The position numbers were made by a program, and so were the translations under genes. A DNA stretch of 64,000 bases, from assembly GCA_951406725.2 (NCBI GenBank), contig OX597824.1:28644001-28708000 (forward strand), read 5' to 3'. The notes under the pieces were generated by a model. The model saw only the letters and a list, made by a program, of their open reading frames with translations, was not told where the DNA came from and ran no database searches. Of this stretch, positions 1 to 15,197 are shown one piece after another (within the stretch, counting starts at the first letter, position 1; each line of letters starts with the position of its first letter). The stretch comes from Octopus vulgaris. Taxonomy: Eukaryota.

Positions 1-19
1 ACGAAAAATGTAATTCAAA

Positions 20-150
20 GAGTCAGCCTTGATGCATTCTGTGCATCGGGCTGAATTTTCCTGAGAACTATGTAAGGGTGCGCTTGACTCTAGAGGGCTC
101 AGTCATTTGCACATTAATTTCACGAGCAAGCTGCTGCGTTGATCGGCGGG
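20..150 (+). mobile_element. Degenerate 3' fragment of SINE family B
   Basis: Resembles 39110-39235 (ctgaatatccccgagaactacgttaagggtacac...ttaatttcac.agcaggctg). Confidence 0.65.
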
Positions 151-574
151 AATAGATATTCTAATAGAGACTTACGTTTATATTTTCTGTATTGCCTTTA
201 ACATTCTACAACAAAAACTTCTATAACTTACCTATGTGCGTTCCTCTAACGCAAAACACGTTGCAGATAGATTTGTGCTACGAATTAAACTCATAGATTT
301 AAAGTACTTTTGTTTTACGAATGATCGCATATGTATCACATGAAACTTTGAGATTTTAAACTTTTAAATTTCACACAAATAATTATTTCGACATCAGTAT
401 ATACATTATGATATTTTCACAATATTTTGACATACATATATCAAGAAGACATTGAATTGCATATATTGTAATGCTTAATTTCATATTTAATCCCTTCTTA
501 ATTAATTTACAATAGTAAATCATTAACATTTTATGCCTCGGAGAGTTATTTGCTTCTGATTATATGTATGTATG

Positions 575-635
<61 letters not shown>

Positions 636-1025
636 TGCTCTTATTTTTTCTCATTCATCTTTTTTCCATTCATTTTAATTACGTTTATGAAAACACACGA
701 TACTGCCCTAATATAAGTTAGATATGTGACATTATAAGAAATTCCCTCGCCCACTGATAATTAATTATATATAACACATTGATATCACAATGTCTGATAA
801 ATTGCACGTTTATTTTCTATAAAATCTCTCTATTTATATTTCTCTTTCTAATTATCTTTATATAATTCACACATATTTTAATTAGGTCTGTCTCCAGATA
901 ACAAGACTTCTCGTGACATTATTATCCAAATTCCAGTGCGGTGATCATACTACATGTTGCAAAAATTTGAAATACGAACACACATGTCTATGTGTGTGTT
1001 TGTGTGTATGAGTATGTATGTATGT

Positions 1026-1069
<44 letters not shown>

Positions 1070-1282
1070 GATTGTGTGTGTGTGTGTGTATGTGTGTGTG
1101 TGTGTGTGTGTGTATAGCGATTACTACTACACTCAAATTCACATGCCCATGGAGGATTTTAATCCAATAGATAATATATGAAGCGAAGATTAACATTAGT
1201 GCATTGCAATCCGACGATGGCTTAAATGGCCAACACTTCGAAGTTACTGTCAATAATGTTCTCGGTTAAAAATAACAAGATC

Positions 1283-1321
<39 letters not shown>

Positions 1322-1325
<4 letters not shown>

Positions 1326-1410
1326 AGTAGTTGAATGAATTATCTTATTAAGGATAATTCGAAAGATAACCGATACCTGGGTAGCAAATTCACATCAGAA
1401 AAATTACATT
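1322..1410 (-). mobile_element. 3' tail fragment of the same family as the HHR element at 29646-30165
   Basis: Reverse complement matches about 30080-30160 (tttgctacccaggtatcggtt...aagataattcatt); (TA)n on both sides. Confidence 0.7.
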
Positions 1411-1420
1411 TTTTCATAAA

Positions 1421-1470
<50 letters not shown>

Positions 1471-1472
<2 letters not shown>

Positions 1473-2188
1473 GGGGTTGGACAAAATAACGAAAACACCA
1501 AGTATCATAGCATCATAATTTTGAAATAACTATAAAACCGCCAAAAGCCTGTTTATTTTTATGTATTTTTATTTATTATTAGTGTTGCTTAATACGTTTT
1601 GCTAAAATTGCTGTTTCTATTCAGATATCATCAGAAAAATGTAATTAAAAATTCATTAAAATGACTGACCTATTTGACTTTCAAAGAGGTCAAATTGTTG
1701 ATGCTCGTATGGTAGGCGCAAGTGTAACGAAAAGAGCCGAAATGTTTGGTGTATCAAAAAGTACTGACTCGAAAGTAATGACGGCCTTTGAAAAAGAGGG
1801 AAAAAAACTCCTCGTCGAAACAAAACTCCGGAAGAAAGCCAAAAGTTTCTGATAGGGACCGTCGAATTCTTACGCGAATTGTTAGAAAGGATCACAAAAG
1901 TACAGCTTCCAAAACTACTGCAGAGCTTAATGACAACCTCGAGAACCCAGTTTCCACAAGAACTGTTCGCGGGGAGTTGCACAAAGCCGGATTTCACGGG
2001 AGGGCTGCAATCAGAAAATCACTACTATGAAGAATGGACAAAAATTCCTTTAGAAACAATTCAAACTTTGTACGAGTCCATACCTCGTAGAATTCAAGCT
2101 ATAATTACTGCCAAAGACGGTCCTACCTCATATTAAAATTAATTTGTTTGAAATTTTAAGGTGTTTCCAATATTTTGTCCAACCCCTG
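1471..2188 (+). mobile_element. Internally deleted Tc1-family DNA transposon
   Basis: TIRs caggggttggacaaaata / tattttgtccaacccctg followed by TA; frameshifted transposase from 1661 (MTDLFDFQRGQIV...GRKPKVSDRDRR...) fused directly to the C-terminus EEWTKIP...SIPRRIQAIITAKDGPTSY, so the DDE domain is missing. Confidence 0.92.
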
Positions 2189-2332
2189 TATATAGATAGA
2201 TAGACAGACAGACAAACAAACACGCAAGCACGCAGACAGACAGACATATATACATACAGACATACATACATACATACATACATACATACATACATACATA
2301 CATACAGACAGATAGATAGATAGATAGGTAGG

Positions 2333-2400
<68 letters not shown>

Positions 2401-2478
2401 TAGATTGATTGACAGATATAGATAGACAGACAGACAAATATGTATATATATACACTTACGTCCATATACACACAAATA

Positions 2479-2523
<45 letters not shown>

Positions 2524-2894
2524 ATGTCTGTACGTATGTATGTTTTATATGTGTATATATATATGTGTGTGTGAGTGCGTGTGTTTATGTATGTATCGAT
2601 GTTTAAAATACTTAGAGCTGTAAGGATGCACATGTCCGTACACTGACAGGAGAGATAATCACCCCCAGAGCGAGCGAGATCGCTATACTAGTATAGTTTC
2701 ACTTAAAATTAAAACTCATTAGTAATAACTAATCTTTCGCTGCGTGGATAAATACTGACTGTCAGTATATAGTATTTACCACATGAATCAATGGCTGATT
2801 CAACAAAATGGTCATGTGAAAATTATTCAATAACGAATGCGGCTATATGCAATATAACACAAAAAATGGAAAAATTCAATTGTCAGCTTGAAGT

Positions 2895-3009
2895 AGCTCC
2901 ATGTCACAGATCGCGTGCAACGCAACAGCGTCTGGCTGATGAACGTGTCAATGTATTGAAAGATTGGCCAACTAAGAGTACTGATTTAAATATCATCGAA
3001 CAGATGTGG

Positions 3010-3010
<1 letters not shown>
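2895..3010 (+). pseudogene. Tc1 transposase catalytic-domain fragment
   Basis: APCHRSRATQQRL...DWPTKSTDLNIIEQMW matches the Tc1 WPxxSPDLNPIExxW motif. Confidence 0.75.
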
Positions 3011-3048
<38 letters not shown>

Positions 3049-3051
3049 TAC

Positions 3052-3213
3052 GGCATGTGCTTCTTTCAGTTTCCGCCTACCAAATCAACTCACAAGGTTT
3101 TAGTCGTACCGACGCTATAGTGCAAGAAACTTGCCCAAGGTGCCATGCAGTGGGACTGATCCCAGAACCATGTGGTTGGGGAGCAAACTTCTTACCACAC
3201 AGCTTCGCCTGCG
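3052..3213 (-). mobile_element. SINE family A, 5' half
   Basis: Reverse complement of the head of the 8305 copy. Confidence 0.85.
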
Positions 3214-3979
3214 ATAAATGGTCGAAACAATTCACAAATTTGGCACAAACAGCGAAGCCACGGGGCTACAGGGCAGCTTCTCAGAACAGTAATTTGGCCG
3301 TTCTTTGACCAAAAGCATTTGCTCAGCATCTATCTGGGGTTTTCTTACAATTTTTTCTCAGTAAGTGCAAGGAAACTGGGATGAAATGCATTTTTCTTAC
3401 TTAGACAGGGAATGGGATTTTGGCCCGTGATCTGGCTGCTATTTCTTGCATATCGTGTGACAACCACATAGATACTCCCTTTATGTCTTGTACCTTTGGT
3501 TATATTGTTGTTAGTACTCTAGGTCTATCTAGTTTCCTTCATGGTGCTGCTGGTGTTGTTATAGTTGCTGTTTGGTGTGTTACTGTTATTGGTTCGTCTT
3601 GTTACTCTATGTGCTGTTGCTGCTGCTACTGCTGCTGCTGCTACTGATACTGGTGCTGCAGTTGCTGTTCTTATTGATATTATTCTTTTTCTTCTTCTTC
3701 TTCCTCTCTGCTGCTCTATATATTGTTACTCTCTACTATAGTTGCTTTGTTCTCTCCCTGTTCATATCAATGCTGTTCATCATACTTTTGTTGGTGTTAA
3801 CATTACTGTCTTTGTTGTTGTTGCTGTTGTTGTTGTTGTTGTTGCTACTGCTGCTGCTGTTGTTGTTCTACTAGTAACTAATTCGCCATTGTCGTCTTGT
3901 AATGGCCACCAAACCATTATGACAACTTGATGTGTTCATTGTAAAGACAGCTGGCTGGACGTCAAACGACAGACCTTAC

Positions 3980-4460
3980 AAAACACACACACACACACAT
4001 AAACACACACACACAAGCACTTAGACACACATACACACACACACACACACTCTTAAATACGCACACGCAAATACAATAAAAAACGAAACACAGACACATT
4101 CACAAACACACATACTTAAACACACGGTTACGTGACACTCAAACCCGCACAAATACATACACCACATGCTCATAAACATAAACCAAACACATAACACACA
4201 CACACACATGCACTCACAGAAACATATGCAGGATATACAGGAATACACAACACTTAAACATACAAAAGATACACGCACAATACACACAGACATACACTCA
4301 CACTTGCACACATTACACTCAAATATGTGAACACATCCTCACAGAAAAAAAGGCAAACATAAGCACCCACCCACAGAAACGCACGTACGAGATATACACA
4401 ACTACACAACACTATAACATACAGGAGAAACAACACCCACCACACACGACACACGACACA
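3980..4460. repeat. Degenerate (CA)n-derived low-complexity tract
   Basis: Cryptic CA-rich repeat. Confidence 0.85.
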
Positions 4461-4874
4461 AGACAGGTAATACTTGCACTATGTAAATGACACGCTTGTC
4501 TTCGTATAAAGAAGACATTTGCTCCGGTTTCACTATGTAAAGACACGTCTGTCGACAAATACGGGATACATTTGTCAAAAAGCCATCCGTGACAAACAAG
4601 CAAAATTGTTCATTTAAAACAGCAAAATAAATGAAACACTCTTACCTAGAATGGTGTATTGATTCTATTCTTATTTGATGAAGCGAGCGACATCTTCTTC
4701 GTTAGACATTTACTAAAATCTTTTTGTGATATTGTTGTGTTGTTGTCAATGTTTTTGTTTTTGCTTCTTTTATTTTATTATATTTTTATTGGGGTGTTTT
4801 ACTAGTAATAGGACTAGTGATGGCAAATGCGTTGAATCGCTTTATTGTTTTTTTATGTTATTTCCATTTTTTCT

Positions 4875-6375
4875 TGGTGTTGGTAGTGGTGGTGGTGATG
4901 TTGATGGTGATGGTGGACGTTGTGATAGTGGTAGTGCTTGCAATGCTGATAATGGAGGTGGTGATAGTGGTGATGATGGTGGTGGTAATGGCTACGGTTA
5001 TGGTGTTGGTGTTAATCTGGGGGTAACAGTAGTGGTGATAGTAATAGTGGGGGATAATGTTTATGGTGGTGGTATTGGTGGCGGTGTTTCTGATGCTGGT
5101 CGTAATGGTGGTGAAACTGGTGGTGATGGTAGTGGTATCAGTAGTAGTGGTAGTAGTGGTGGTGATAGTGGTGACGATGGTGGAGGTAAGGGTTATGGTG
5201 ATGGTGGTGGGGATGCTGGTGGTGGTCATGTGGTGGTGGTGGTGGTTGTGGTGGTGGTGGTGGTGGTTGTGGTGGTGGTGGTGGTAGTGGTGGTGGTGAT
5301 GGTGCGGTGGTGCTGTTGATGTGGTGGTAGCATTGGTGGTGATGGTGCGAATAATGGTTACAGTGGTATTTGTGGTGATCGCGATGGTGGTTGTGATGGT
5401 GGTGGAGTTTGTGGTGATAGTAGTACTGACGTAGGTAGGAGGGTAGTAGCCGTTGTTATGTTATTCTTCTTCATGTCGGTGATGATGCTGATGGTGACAG
5501 TGATGGTGGTGGTGATGCTGGAGGGGATGGTGAGGGTAATAATAGTGATGTTATGAGTGATGGCGGAACAGGCGAGCGGCTATGGTGCTGTGGTCGTAGG
5601 GATTGTGGTGGTGGTGGTGGTGGTGGTGGTGGTGGTGGTGGTGGTGGTGGCGGTGGTAGTGGTGGTTATCCCGGTGATTGTGGTGGTGAGTGGGGGATGG
5701 TACTAATGGTGGTAGTAATGGTATCAATAACAGTGGTGGAGACGGAGGCGGTGCTGGTGGAACTGGTGATGATGGTGGTGGAGTCAGTATGAGTGTCAGT
5801 GGTTGGTGGAGTCAGTAGTAGTGTCAGTGGTTGGTGGAGTCAGTGGGAGTGTCAGTGGTGGTGGTCATGGTGAGGGAGGGGTGCAGGTGGTGCTGGTACT
5901 AGCAGTGATGGCGGGCGAAGGTAGCCGTGGTGTTTTTAGGAGGGGCGGTACCCGTATTGTTAATTCTTATTGTGGATGGGGGGTGATGATGGCGGCGGCG
6001 GCGATGATACTGGTGGTGGTGGCGATAGCTGTGGTGGTGGCAGAACTGGTTGTAGGAGGGTTTTATCGCTGGTATTAGTTTATTCTTACCATTCATGGTG
6101 GCGATGAAGATGCTGGTGGTTATCACGGTGGTGCTTAATTATTGCCGCTGATGGTGGTGACGGTGATAATGGCGATGTTGTTAGTCGTTGCTGCGGTGAT
6201 AGTTTAACTTTGCTGGTGATGGTGATGGTGGTGGTCATCGGGGTAACTACTTCACTGCTTTCATTGTTCTTCCTCTTCTTTTTCTTCATCTTCTTCTTCT
6301 TCTTCTTCTTCTTCTTCTTCTTCTTCTTCTTCTTCTTCTTCTTCTTCTTCTTCTTCTTCTTCTTCTTCTTCTTCC
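4875..6375. repeat. Degenerate (GGT/GAT)n low-complexity region ending in pure (TTC)n
   Basis: Direct inspection; overlapping poly-Gly/Val/Thr ORFs in several frames. Confidence 0.9.
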
Positions 6376-6857
6376 AATCACGACTCTCACCGTTAGCGGG
6401 TTACACCATGGTTCCTCTGCTTTGTGGCAGATGTAGGAAGAAAGTTGTGGTGAAAGAGTCGACCGATAACCACCACCCCCATGTCGCTGTTTAATTTAAA
6501 TCAATATAAAGCAAAATTATAATCACAAAAATTCAAAAATTACAATTACAAATTACAAACATATATTTTTCATTATTCTTCGTCTTCCTCATCCGGACGC
6601 CCAAGTAAATTTCCTGCCGCCTGCAGGAAAGCCTTCATCGGCAGAACCAGAACGAGGAAAACAAAATATTCTTTGTTACAGGTCTTTCTGTCCTCAATCA
6701 GTTCATTCTGATTTACGACCTCCGCAACCACATGCGGAGGCCAACTTGGAGTTCCATCTACTACTACCATGTTCGTTAGTACATCTACGACTACACATCT
6801 ATGTTAGTTCATTACGTGTAAACTATGGATGACATGAAAGAGATTTACCTGCTGGTT

Positions 6858-6955
6858 GCGGCTATACTAGAAGACATTTGCCGGAGATACCACGCAGTGG
6901 TACTGAACCCAGAACTGTGTGGTTGAGAATCAATCTTCTTACCACACACCTATTC
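6858..6955 (-). mobile_element. SINE family A head fragment
   Basis: gctatactagaagacatttgcc...cacgcagtgg.actgaaccc...cttaccacac. Confidence 0.75.
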
Positions 6956-7097
6956 CTTTTTTTTTTTTTTCATTGTAGCAGTAACATTCGTACAATTGTC
7001 ACATTTATCTTTAATTGAGTTTAGTTTTATTTTTCAAGTACTTTCCTTTGCTTCATATAATTTGATATTTCCCAATATATATTAGGGATGACCCCAC

Positions 7098-7418
7098 CTC
7101 CCTTCGGTCATGAATGGCCATGGAATTATACATAGAAGGTTACCCTCCGAGGTTCAAATCGGGGCAAGGTTGTTTATGGAAGACCAGCAGTCGCCCGCGC
7201 AAAGAAGACTCCCCCCTCCACGCCACGGATGTTATCCAAAGGATAAAACAGCTTGGCACCAGTGACGTCACAACTCATTTCTACAGCTGAGGGAAAGGGA
7301 GCAGCGTGAAATAACGTGTCTTGCTCTAGAACACAACACGCAGCCCGGTCCGAGAATCGAAATCACAACCTCACGATCGTATGCTCGACGCTCTAACCAC
7401 TGAGCCGTATGCCTTCAC
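7098..7418 (-). mobile_element. SINE family C (tRNA head plus CORE-like domain)
   Basis: Matches 18951-19275 and 44295-44627; A/B-box-like tggttagagc...ttcga.tc; CORE-like ttgagcaagacac...cagttcactcagctgt. Confidence 0.88.
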
Positions 7419-7450
7419 AGTATATACACTGTTGTTTTATATACATATAC

Positions 7451-7608
7451 ATCGACCCTTGTGCGTAACTAGTACTTAATTTATCGACCCCGAAAGGATG
7501 AAAGGCAAAGTCAACCTCGGCGGAATTTGAACTCACAACTTGACAACAGACGAAATGCGGCAATGCATTTCGCCCGGCGTGCTAACGATTCTGCCAGCTC
7601 GCCGCCTT
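7451..7608 (-). mobile_element. SINE family D (Meta/MESC-like domain)
   Basis: Reverse complement of ggcgagctggcagaatcgttagc...gactttgcctttcatcctttcggggtcgataaa. Confidence 0.88.
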
Positions 7609-7609
7609 A

Positions 7610-7664
<55 letters not shown>

Positions 7665-7696
7665 ATTATATATATATATATATAATTATATATATA

Positions 7697-7741
<45 letters not shown>

Positions 7742-8051
7742 GATAATTTCAGAAATATAGTAAAGATCATGATAATCATCATCATGACAAGAATGCAGTT
7801 GCTCTTGATGATGAGGTTGATGATGATGATGATGATGATGAGGAGGAGGAGGAGGAGGAGGAGGAGGAAGACAAGGAGGAGAGGAAGAGAGGAGGAGAAG
7901 AAGGGATGAGGAGGAGAAGGGGAGGAGAACATGGACGAGGAGGACGAGGATTATGATGATGACTGCGAAAAGGAGCAGTGGTATGAAATGGAGGATAACA
8001 GCGAGTACGATGATAATGTAGCTAGTCTGAGAAATGAAATTATTATTATTA

Positions 8052-8100
<49 letters not shown>

Positions 8101-8204
8101 CATCATTATTATTAGTAGTAGTAGTAATGCTGGCGTTGATGATTTTGACGTCGGTCTTCTGTATTTCTTTTGCAATAATTTCAACCTCGTTTTTATATTT
8201 CTTT

Positions 8205-8744
<540 letters not shown>

Positions 8745-9859
8745 ATATATATATATAGTCCACGGTCGTTATTTATTTATCGTTGCTTTTTGTTTCTTTT
8801 TTGTATTTTATTGACATGATGCTGGAGAAGGGGTTGTCTTGTAGCAGAAATAATTTTACTGGGGAAGTGGTTGGTTTTAGTAACGTATCGTAATTCTTTT
8901 TCATTGTTCTTGACACATTCCATCTTTAAACTACACTTGTCGTTGCACCAATTGGTTTAAATCGTTTGAATTTATTTTTTCGTTATTGCTGTTGTTTTTG
9001 TTGTTGTCGTTGTCGTCGTCGTTGTTATTTTGTTGTTGTTGTTGTTGTTTTTCTTTTTCGGTGTCTCTTTCGCCACAGATAGTCGTTGAGCTCGGTGGCA
9101 AAAAGAATTTATCAAAAAAACGTTGGGTAGTTTATTTTTGAGTTCGTGACCAAATTCAATGATGTCTTTAAAAATGGAGAAGCAAAACTGCGCAGGTTGA
9201 CATGGAGTTGTATGGATAACTTTAATGCATGACATAAGGAAGCCATTGCTTGCGTGAGAATTTTAAAGCAGAAAAAATAACGGTTAGAAAATACCCGGAT
9301 CTGGTAGTGTTGAATACAGTTGAGATCAGAACACTTCACACCCACTGGGTGGTGGAGGGAATGGAGTGCACGCATGGCTTTAAACATAGAAACTATAAAT
9401 TTTTAAATCTAACAATGACTATCATTTTTCCACAAACGATGCCGGTAATCGCTAATTAGTTAAAATAGTTGCTGGAACGAGTAATAAATCACGTACATAC
9501 ACAATTTGATTTATTTCGCTTTTGTTTTGTTTTTTTTCCTTCCAGAAGTTCACACATTTGCCACTTGGTATCATTAAGTTCGAAACATGACGCATTCATC
9601 ACAGCCTATAACAAAGATAGTCTAAAAAATATTACTATTATTATTATTATTATTATTATTATCATTATTGTTATTATTACTGCTGTTGTTGTTGTTATCA
9701 TCATCATCATCATCATCATTATCGTCACCATCATCATCATCATCATCATCATCACTACCATCATCATCACCACCATCATTATCATCATCACCATCACCAC
9801 AACCACCACCACTATTATCATCATCATCATCATCATCATCGTCATCATCATTATTATTA

Positions 9860-10270
9860 TGAGGATTGGGGAAGACGTTCTCATGGGGCCCGACGAGAAC
9901 AAACTTGTTAGTCTGTTATGGAGGACTTTCCGGCCGGGAACGATCATGGATAACTTCCAGATGTCCTTGGCCTGGCAGTGTTGCCTGAGGGCGCTACCGG
10001 TTCGAGATAAACCCTTCAAGCACGGATGTGCTGACAGACAGCCTTGTCTGTGATGCATGCAGTGTAACGAAACCATCCAGTGTCCGGGCATTGCTGTCTG
10101 GTTGGGATTATATCAGCTGCTGTCATGTGTGGGATGGGTCTGTCTGTCAGCCGAGTCTGTAGTGATGACCGCACCGCCACCGTCCTTCAATCGGGCAGGC
10201 AAGGCAGTTTTCACCCTGCCTGGTGACTGTGGGTGGCGAAAGACGTTCCTTGGTGGACAAGGCTGAAAGG
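9860..10270 (+). pseudogene. L1/Tx1-like LINE ORF2 C-terminal remnant
   Basis: FQMSLAWQCCLRALPVRDK...PCL*CMQCNETI resembles the L1/Tx1 C-terminal Cys-rich region; contains stops and deletions. Confidence 0.6.
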
Positions 10271-10750
10271 CATGAGAGAGATACTTTCCCCATTAGTAGA
10301 GCTCTCATTGACGAAGCCCAGTATACTCATTATGACTATCCGTCGGATACGAGTACACCAGGCACATACATCACAACCATATGTGCGCGACACAGTGATC
10401 ACATATCAAGATAAACAACGCATGACCTTACAGGTGGGGCCCAAATAGAATATTCTTCAGGTCGGGTAACGCATCCCGCTCAAAATGTTCCTGAATAAGG
10501 CTTACTTTAGGATGTTGAACAAAAAAATCCATCCCTACAGGTAAATTATGCAAACCCCAAATAATGTCTCTCAACACATGGCTATGATGCTCTCTCACTA
10601 CTTCAGTTCGTGATCAGAGATGACGCACATATCGTCAGACACTAAGGGACATGCTCAAATGGTTATGGACAAACAAATGACAAGCAAATCTGTGGTATTG
10701 AGCAGAATATTTACTGTAGCCCATCTTTTAGATCCTTCTTCTTCTTCTTC

Positions 10751-10865
<115 letters not shown>

Positions 10866-11129
10866 ACAATGCAAAGAGCGCGGTGCGATTGCAGTAGATA
10901 CTTTATTGATTGAACGATATTTTTGACAGCTAAGGTGTGTTTGTCGAGTTCAAAATAAAAAGTGATAGAAATTCGAACTTATAGAAATTCAAATCCATAT
11001 AATGAACGAGAGCAACTAGCGTCCCCGTGTTCATCATTAGTCTTCAAATTCTAAGTTTACAACTAACAAAAAGAAAAAGAAAAAAGGAAAAGGAAAAAAA
11101 AGAATATGTAATCAGTTTTGTGAAAATGT

Positions 11130-11860
11130 GATGAAATTCTCTTGTCATTTTATTCATTCCTCCAAGGTGCGATGTTAATAACCAGCGAATATATTTCTCC
11201 TCGTGCATTTTGAGTACTTAAAGTGTAGCAGATTCAGAATATTTTCTGAGAATATGCACTTTCAAGTCTTTTACAAAATTGCAGCTGTTTGATTCAAAAT
11301 GTTTGACAAGTTTTGTCAAACTACTATTATTGTGCATGACTTCATAACTTTTATCCATTGAATCTTTTGCTTAATTGTTCAACATAAATCGAGTTGCGTT
11401 TGGTGCATTGTACTGCATACACCGGACGGGAATTTCTATACGAAGCAACTCCCGCATAAATCATAATATTTCTGTTATGATTTCTGATGGAATCCACTTG
11501 ACGCATGTTTCACAATGAACAGGGCTTACCTCTCTTGCGGCTGTTTTTCAAGGCTCAGCGTGCAGAAACTCCAATGTTAGTTTACTTAAAATCGGAAGTA
11601 GAAGTTAATACTTCTCTTCTACTTTTATTCTGTCTAAAGGCTACAATAGGTGACCGAGGAAATATTTGTCTGAAATGATGATATTTTTCTGCAACATGCC
11701 GGTAACTGTCATGTAACACTTTTGAACTGCCAGCGAAATTCCGGTGCCAATCAATCACTAAAGGAATTCTGCCAGGTATTGTACTTTGTTTCGTAAAATA
11801 TTCGTAAAAGTTTGACTTTCTTTGCTAACCATAGGTTTGTCATTTGCTAATCGTGCCTGT
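11130..11860 (-). pseudogene. Penelope-like element remnant (linker plus GIY-YIG endonuclease)
   Basis: Manual minus-strand translation: LVIDWHRNF...RQIFPRSPIVAFRQNK...RGKPCSL...VYAVQCTKRNSIYV..LSKRFNG. Confidence 0.7.
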
Positions 11861-11873
11861 GATTTCTTGTTGC

Positions 11874-11958
<85 letters not shown>

Positions 11959-11971
11959 GTTGTTGTTGTTT

Positions 11972-12430
11972 GTTTTCCTTCTTTCTTCAAATTTTCTTCC
12001 ATTTCTCGCTGGGTGTTTTCTGTACACCTAGAACAGAGAAGCTCATTGTATGCATTCCCAGATTACACGCGCAAATTCAGAGGTAAAATGTTTATTTAAA
12101 AATTTAATAAATAAATTCATGAATGAATGTTGTTTTCACAGCGATAATACTCTTCTCAGTACATGAGTCATTCCAGGTAACACGACTTTTTTCACTTCTT
12201 GTAGGAATGGTAAGCCTAGTATCATTTTCAAATAGGTATCAGTACCTTTATTTTTATCATTCTTAGAGACCCTACAATCACTGGTACTGTAGTTGCCATG
12301 AGATGCCACATTTTTTCAATTTCTATTAGCAAGTCTTTATATTTACAGATCTTGTCAAATTATTTCACCGCTATATTGTGATCACAAGGAATACTCATGT
12401 CAATTAATAAACACACCTTTTTTGTCTAAT
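11972..12430 (-). mobile_element. R4/Dong-type LINE 3' end
   Basis: Homologous to 43826-44185; minus strand gives CLLIDMSIPCDHNI..K..DK..KYKDLLIEIEKMWHL; tail abuts (TAA)n. Confidence 0.85.
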
Positions 12431-12439
12431 CTTTTTATG

Positions 12440-12655
12440 AAAGCGACGAAATGGCAGGATCATTACCACGCCGGGCAAAATGCTTAGCGGCATTTCGTCC
12501 ACCTTTATTGTTCTGAGTCCAAATTCCACCAAGGTCGACTTTGCCTTTTATTCTTTCGGGGTCTACAGATTAAAAACCATTTGAACACTGGGGTCGATGT
12601 GATCGACTAGTCTGCTACTCCAAAACATACTGGCCTAACGCCAAAATTTGAAAGC
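12440..12655 (+). mobile_element. SINE family D
   Basis: cgccgggcaaaatgcttagcggcatttcg...ggtcgactttgccttt. Confidence 0.85.
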
Positions 12656-13492
12656 AATATTATTAGTAGTATTATTGTTGTATTTGTTGTTGTTGTTGTT
12701 TTTGCTGTCATCGTCGTCGTCATCGTTATTATTATCATAGGAGTTGTGTTGGTGACGGCGATGCTTATGATTTCGAAGGAGAAGATAACCTTTTCACCAA
12801 TAACACAATCGTTTATCATCATAGATTGTTTCTGCTTGCTTCTCTCACACAGAATAAATAATACATACGATATTTATTTAAAATCTCTCATCTCATATCT
12901 TCCACCCCTCCCTCTCTTCTTCTCTTTCGCTTACCATTTTTCCCCTTCCTTTCATAATATAATACAGCGCTGCTTTTCTTTCTCTATTTTTCTTTCTCTA
13001 TTTCTCCGTCTGACTACATTAGTGTCTTAATTACACAGTCATCACTTTATGTCGAAGACGTTGAATTCGTAGTCGATGCTTTTATACATGTAGTTGTCAG
13101 ATTCTCCTCCTCTGGCATCTGTTTCGTTTGCCATTTCAATTTCCTTTTATCAATAAATCTACATAGTTTCATTTTAAAGCTAATAACACATAGCGCTATT
13201 ATTTCTCAGTCAGTTTCATCTGTGTTATATATTATTAGATGCTTTATTTATTGCTGTTACGAAAAGCCATGCAATAAAGCAATAAGACTTAACAATCGAA
13301 TCAAAATGGTGGCATATATACATATATGCGTAAGTGCTTATATGCGTGTGTGTGTTTATATATATATATATATATATATATACATACATACATACATACA
13401 TATATATATATATGAATGTATATATGTATAAATATGTCTGTATATATATACAAATATATATATATATGTCTATATATATATATAAATATGTC

Positions 13493-13539
<47 letters not shown>

Positions 13540-13708
13540 ATGCTGTCATACATATATATGTCTGTGCATGTGTGAAGGCACGATGCGTACTATTTTAGTC
13601 CGTAGTATCTACTTCACATCAGTTCTTCTAATTGTCCCTATATATTGTGTATAATCTACATACGCACATAAATATACACACATACGAAGTACGTGTAAAA
13701 TGTAAATA

Positions 13709-13756
<48 letters not shown>

Positions 13757-13832
13757 ACGACATTGATATATACATGCGTATTTATACATATACGTAAATG
13801 TAAATACCTACATATATATATATACACATATA

Positions 13833-13881
<49 letters not shown>

Positions 13882-14046
13882 CATTTATATATGTATTTGC
13901 GCATATGTATAGATAAATAGTTAAATAAAAGACAGTTATACAGATAGATTGATTGATAGGTGGAATGACAGACAAGTAGACAGATAGATAGATGAATAAA
14001 TAAATAGATAGATAGATTAATAAATAGATAGATAGATAGATAGATT

Positions 14047-14161
<115 letters not shown>

Positions 14162-15156
14162 GAAGCGAAAAACAATATTACTTTCAAAATAAGAAGAAAA
14201 CCAAAAGACAAGATAAACTATAATAAAGGTTTTAGTTATTATTTTCACATTCAGAGAATTAGAACTAGAAATAACTTTTCGGACGTAGGCTCTTTATCAG
14301 GAAATAGAACAAAACAAAATAGGAAAGAAAGAAAACAGAAAATGATGTAATGAAGAAATTGTGCATATTCTTACCGTAACTAAATTCCATTTTGAAATAT
14401 GTTTACATACAAATATATACACGCATTGACGCACAATTACCAATATACTTTTATTTATACATACAGGATTTGTATGTTCATATATACATGTGTGTGCGCT
14501 TATACATGAATATATGTGTGAGATGGCGTGTGATTATGTGTCTGTCTATATATATTTTTATGCGTATATCTGTGTATATACTACATGTATATACACGAAT
14601 ATAATAGCGAAATACAAAATACAGTTTGATAGGTGACAACATTAGTATGTATCCATCGCACAGTATACTTCAGAAGCACATACGAAAGAATGAAACGACA
14701 TTCATATCAGAGCACAATGCCATAATATACAGGTAGTAAACTTAAGTTTGTCACAAACAGAAATAAAATCTTGATGGATGGTGTAAATATCTTACGATGA
14801 AAATTCGCCTTCTGTCGGCAATATGAAAACCGTTTACGTTTGGTTTGCGTAAAATAAATGAGAAGTAACACAAGGCAAACTCATTGTTTACTAACGAGAG
14901 CGCTATGGCGCTTGAGGAACGGTGATCATGAATATAAGAATTGTACTGTTCCAAATAATCTACAAGGTTCTGTTAAGAAAATATGAAGTGACATTGATAA
15001 ATAAAAATGGTTCGAACGAGAACAGACATATTTTCTACAAAGTGCATCTACATGAAAAGCTGTTCCCCATACACGCTTGGATTCATTTATAAGTTATAAT
15101 ATTAGAGTTGTAAATAGGGATATAATATTCCTCTGTGCATACACTTAGTGGAGGCG

Positions 15157-15197
<41 letters not shown>

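Noticed and set aside
4726-5319. Gly-rich ORF resembling a structural protein
   Set aside because: Degenerate (GGT)n with open frames on both strands, non-ATG start, no splice evidence
6573-6770. 65-aa non-repetitive ORF on the minus strand
   Set aside because: No recognisable motif; may be a LINE ORF1 remnant but cannot be supported
10280-10740. Complex sequence between LINE remnant and microsatellite
   Set aside because: Probably an interspersed repeat, but single-copy in this window with no diagnostic motif
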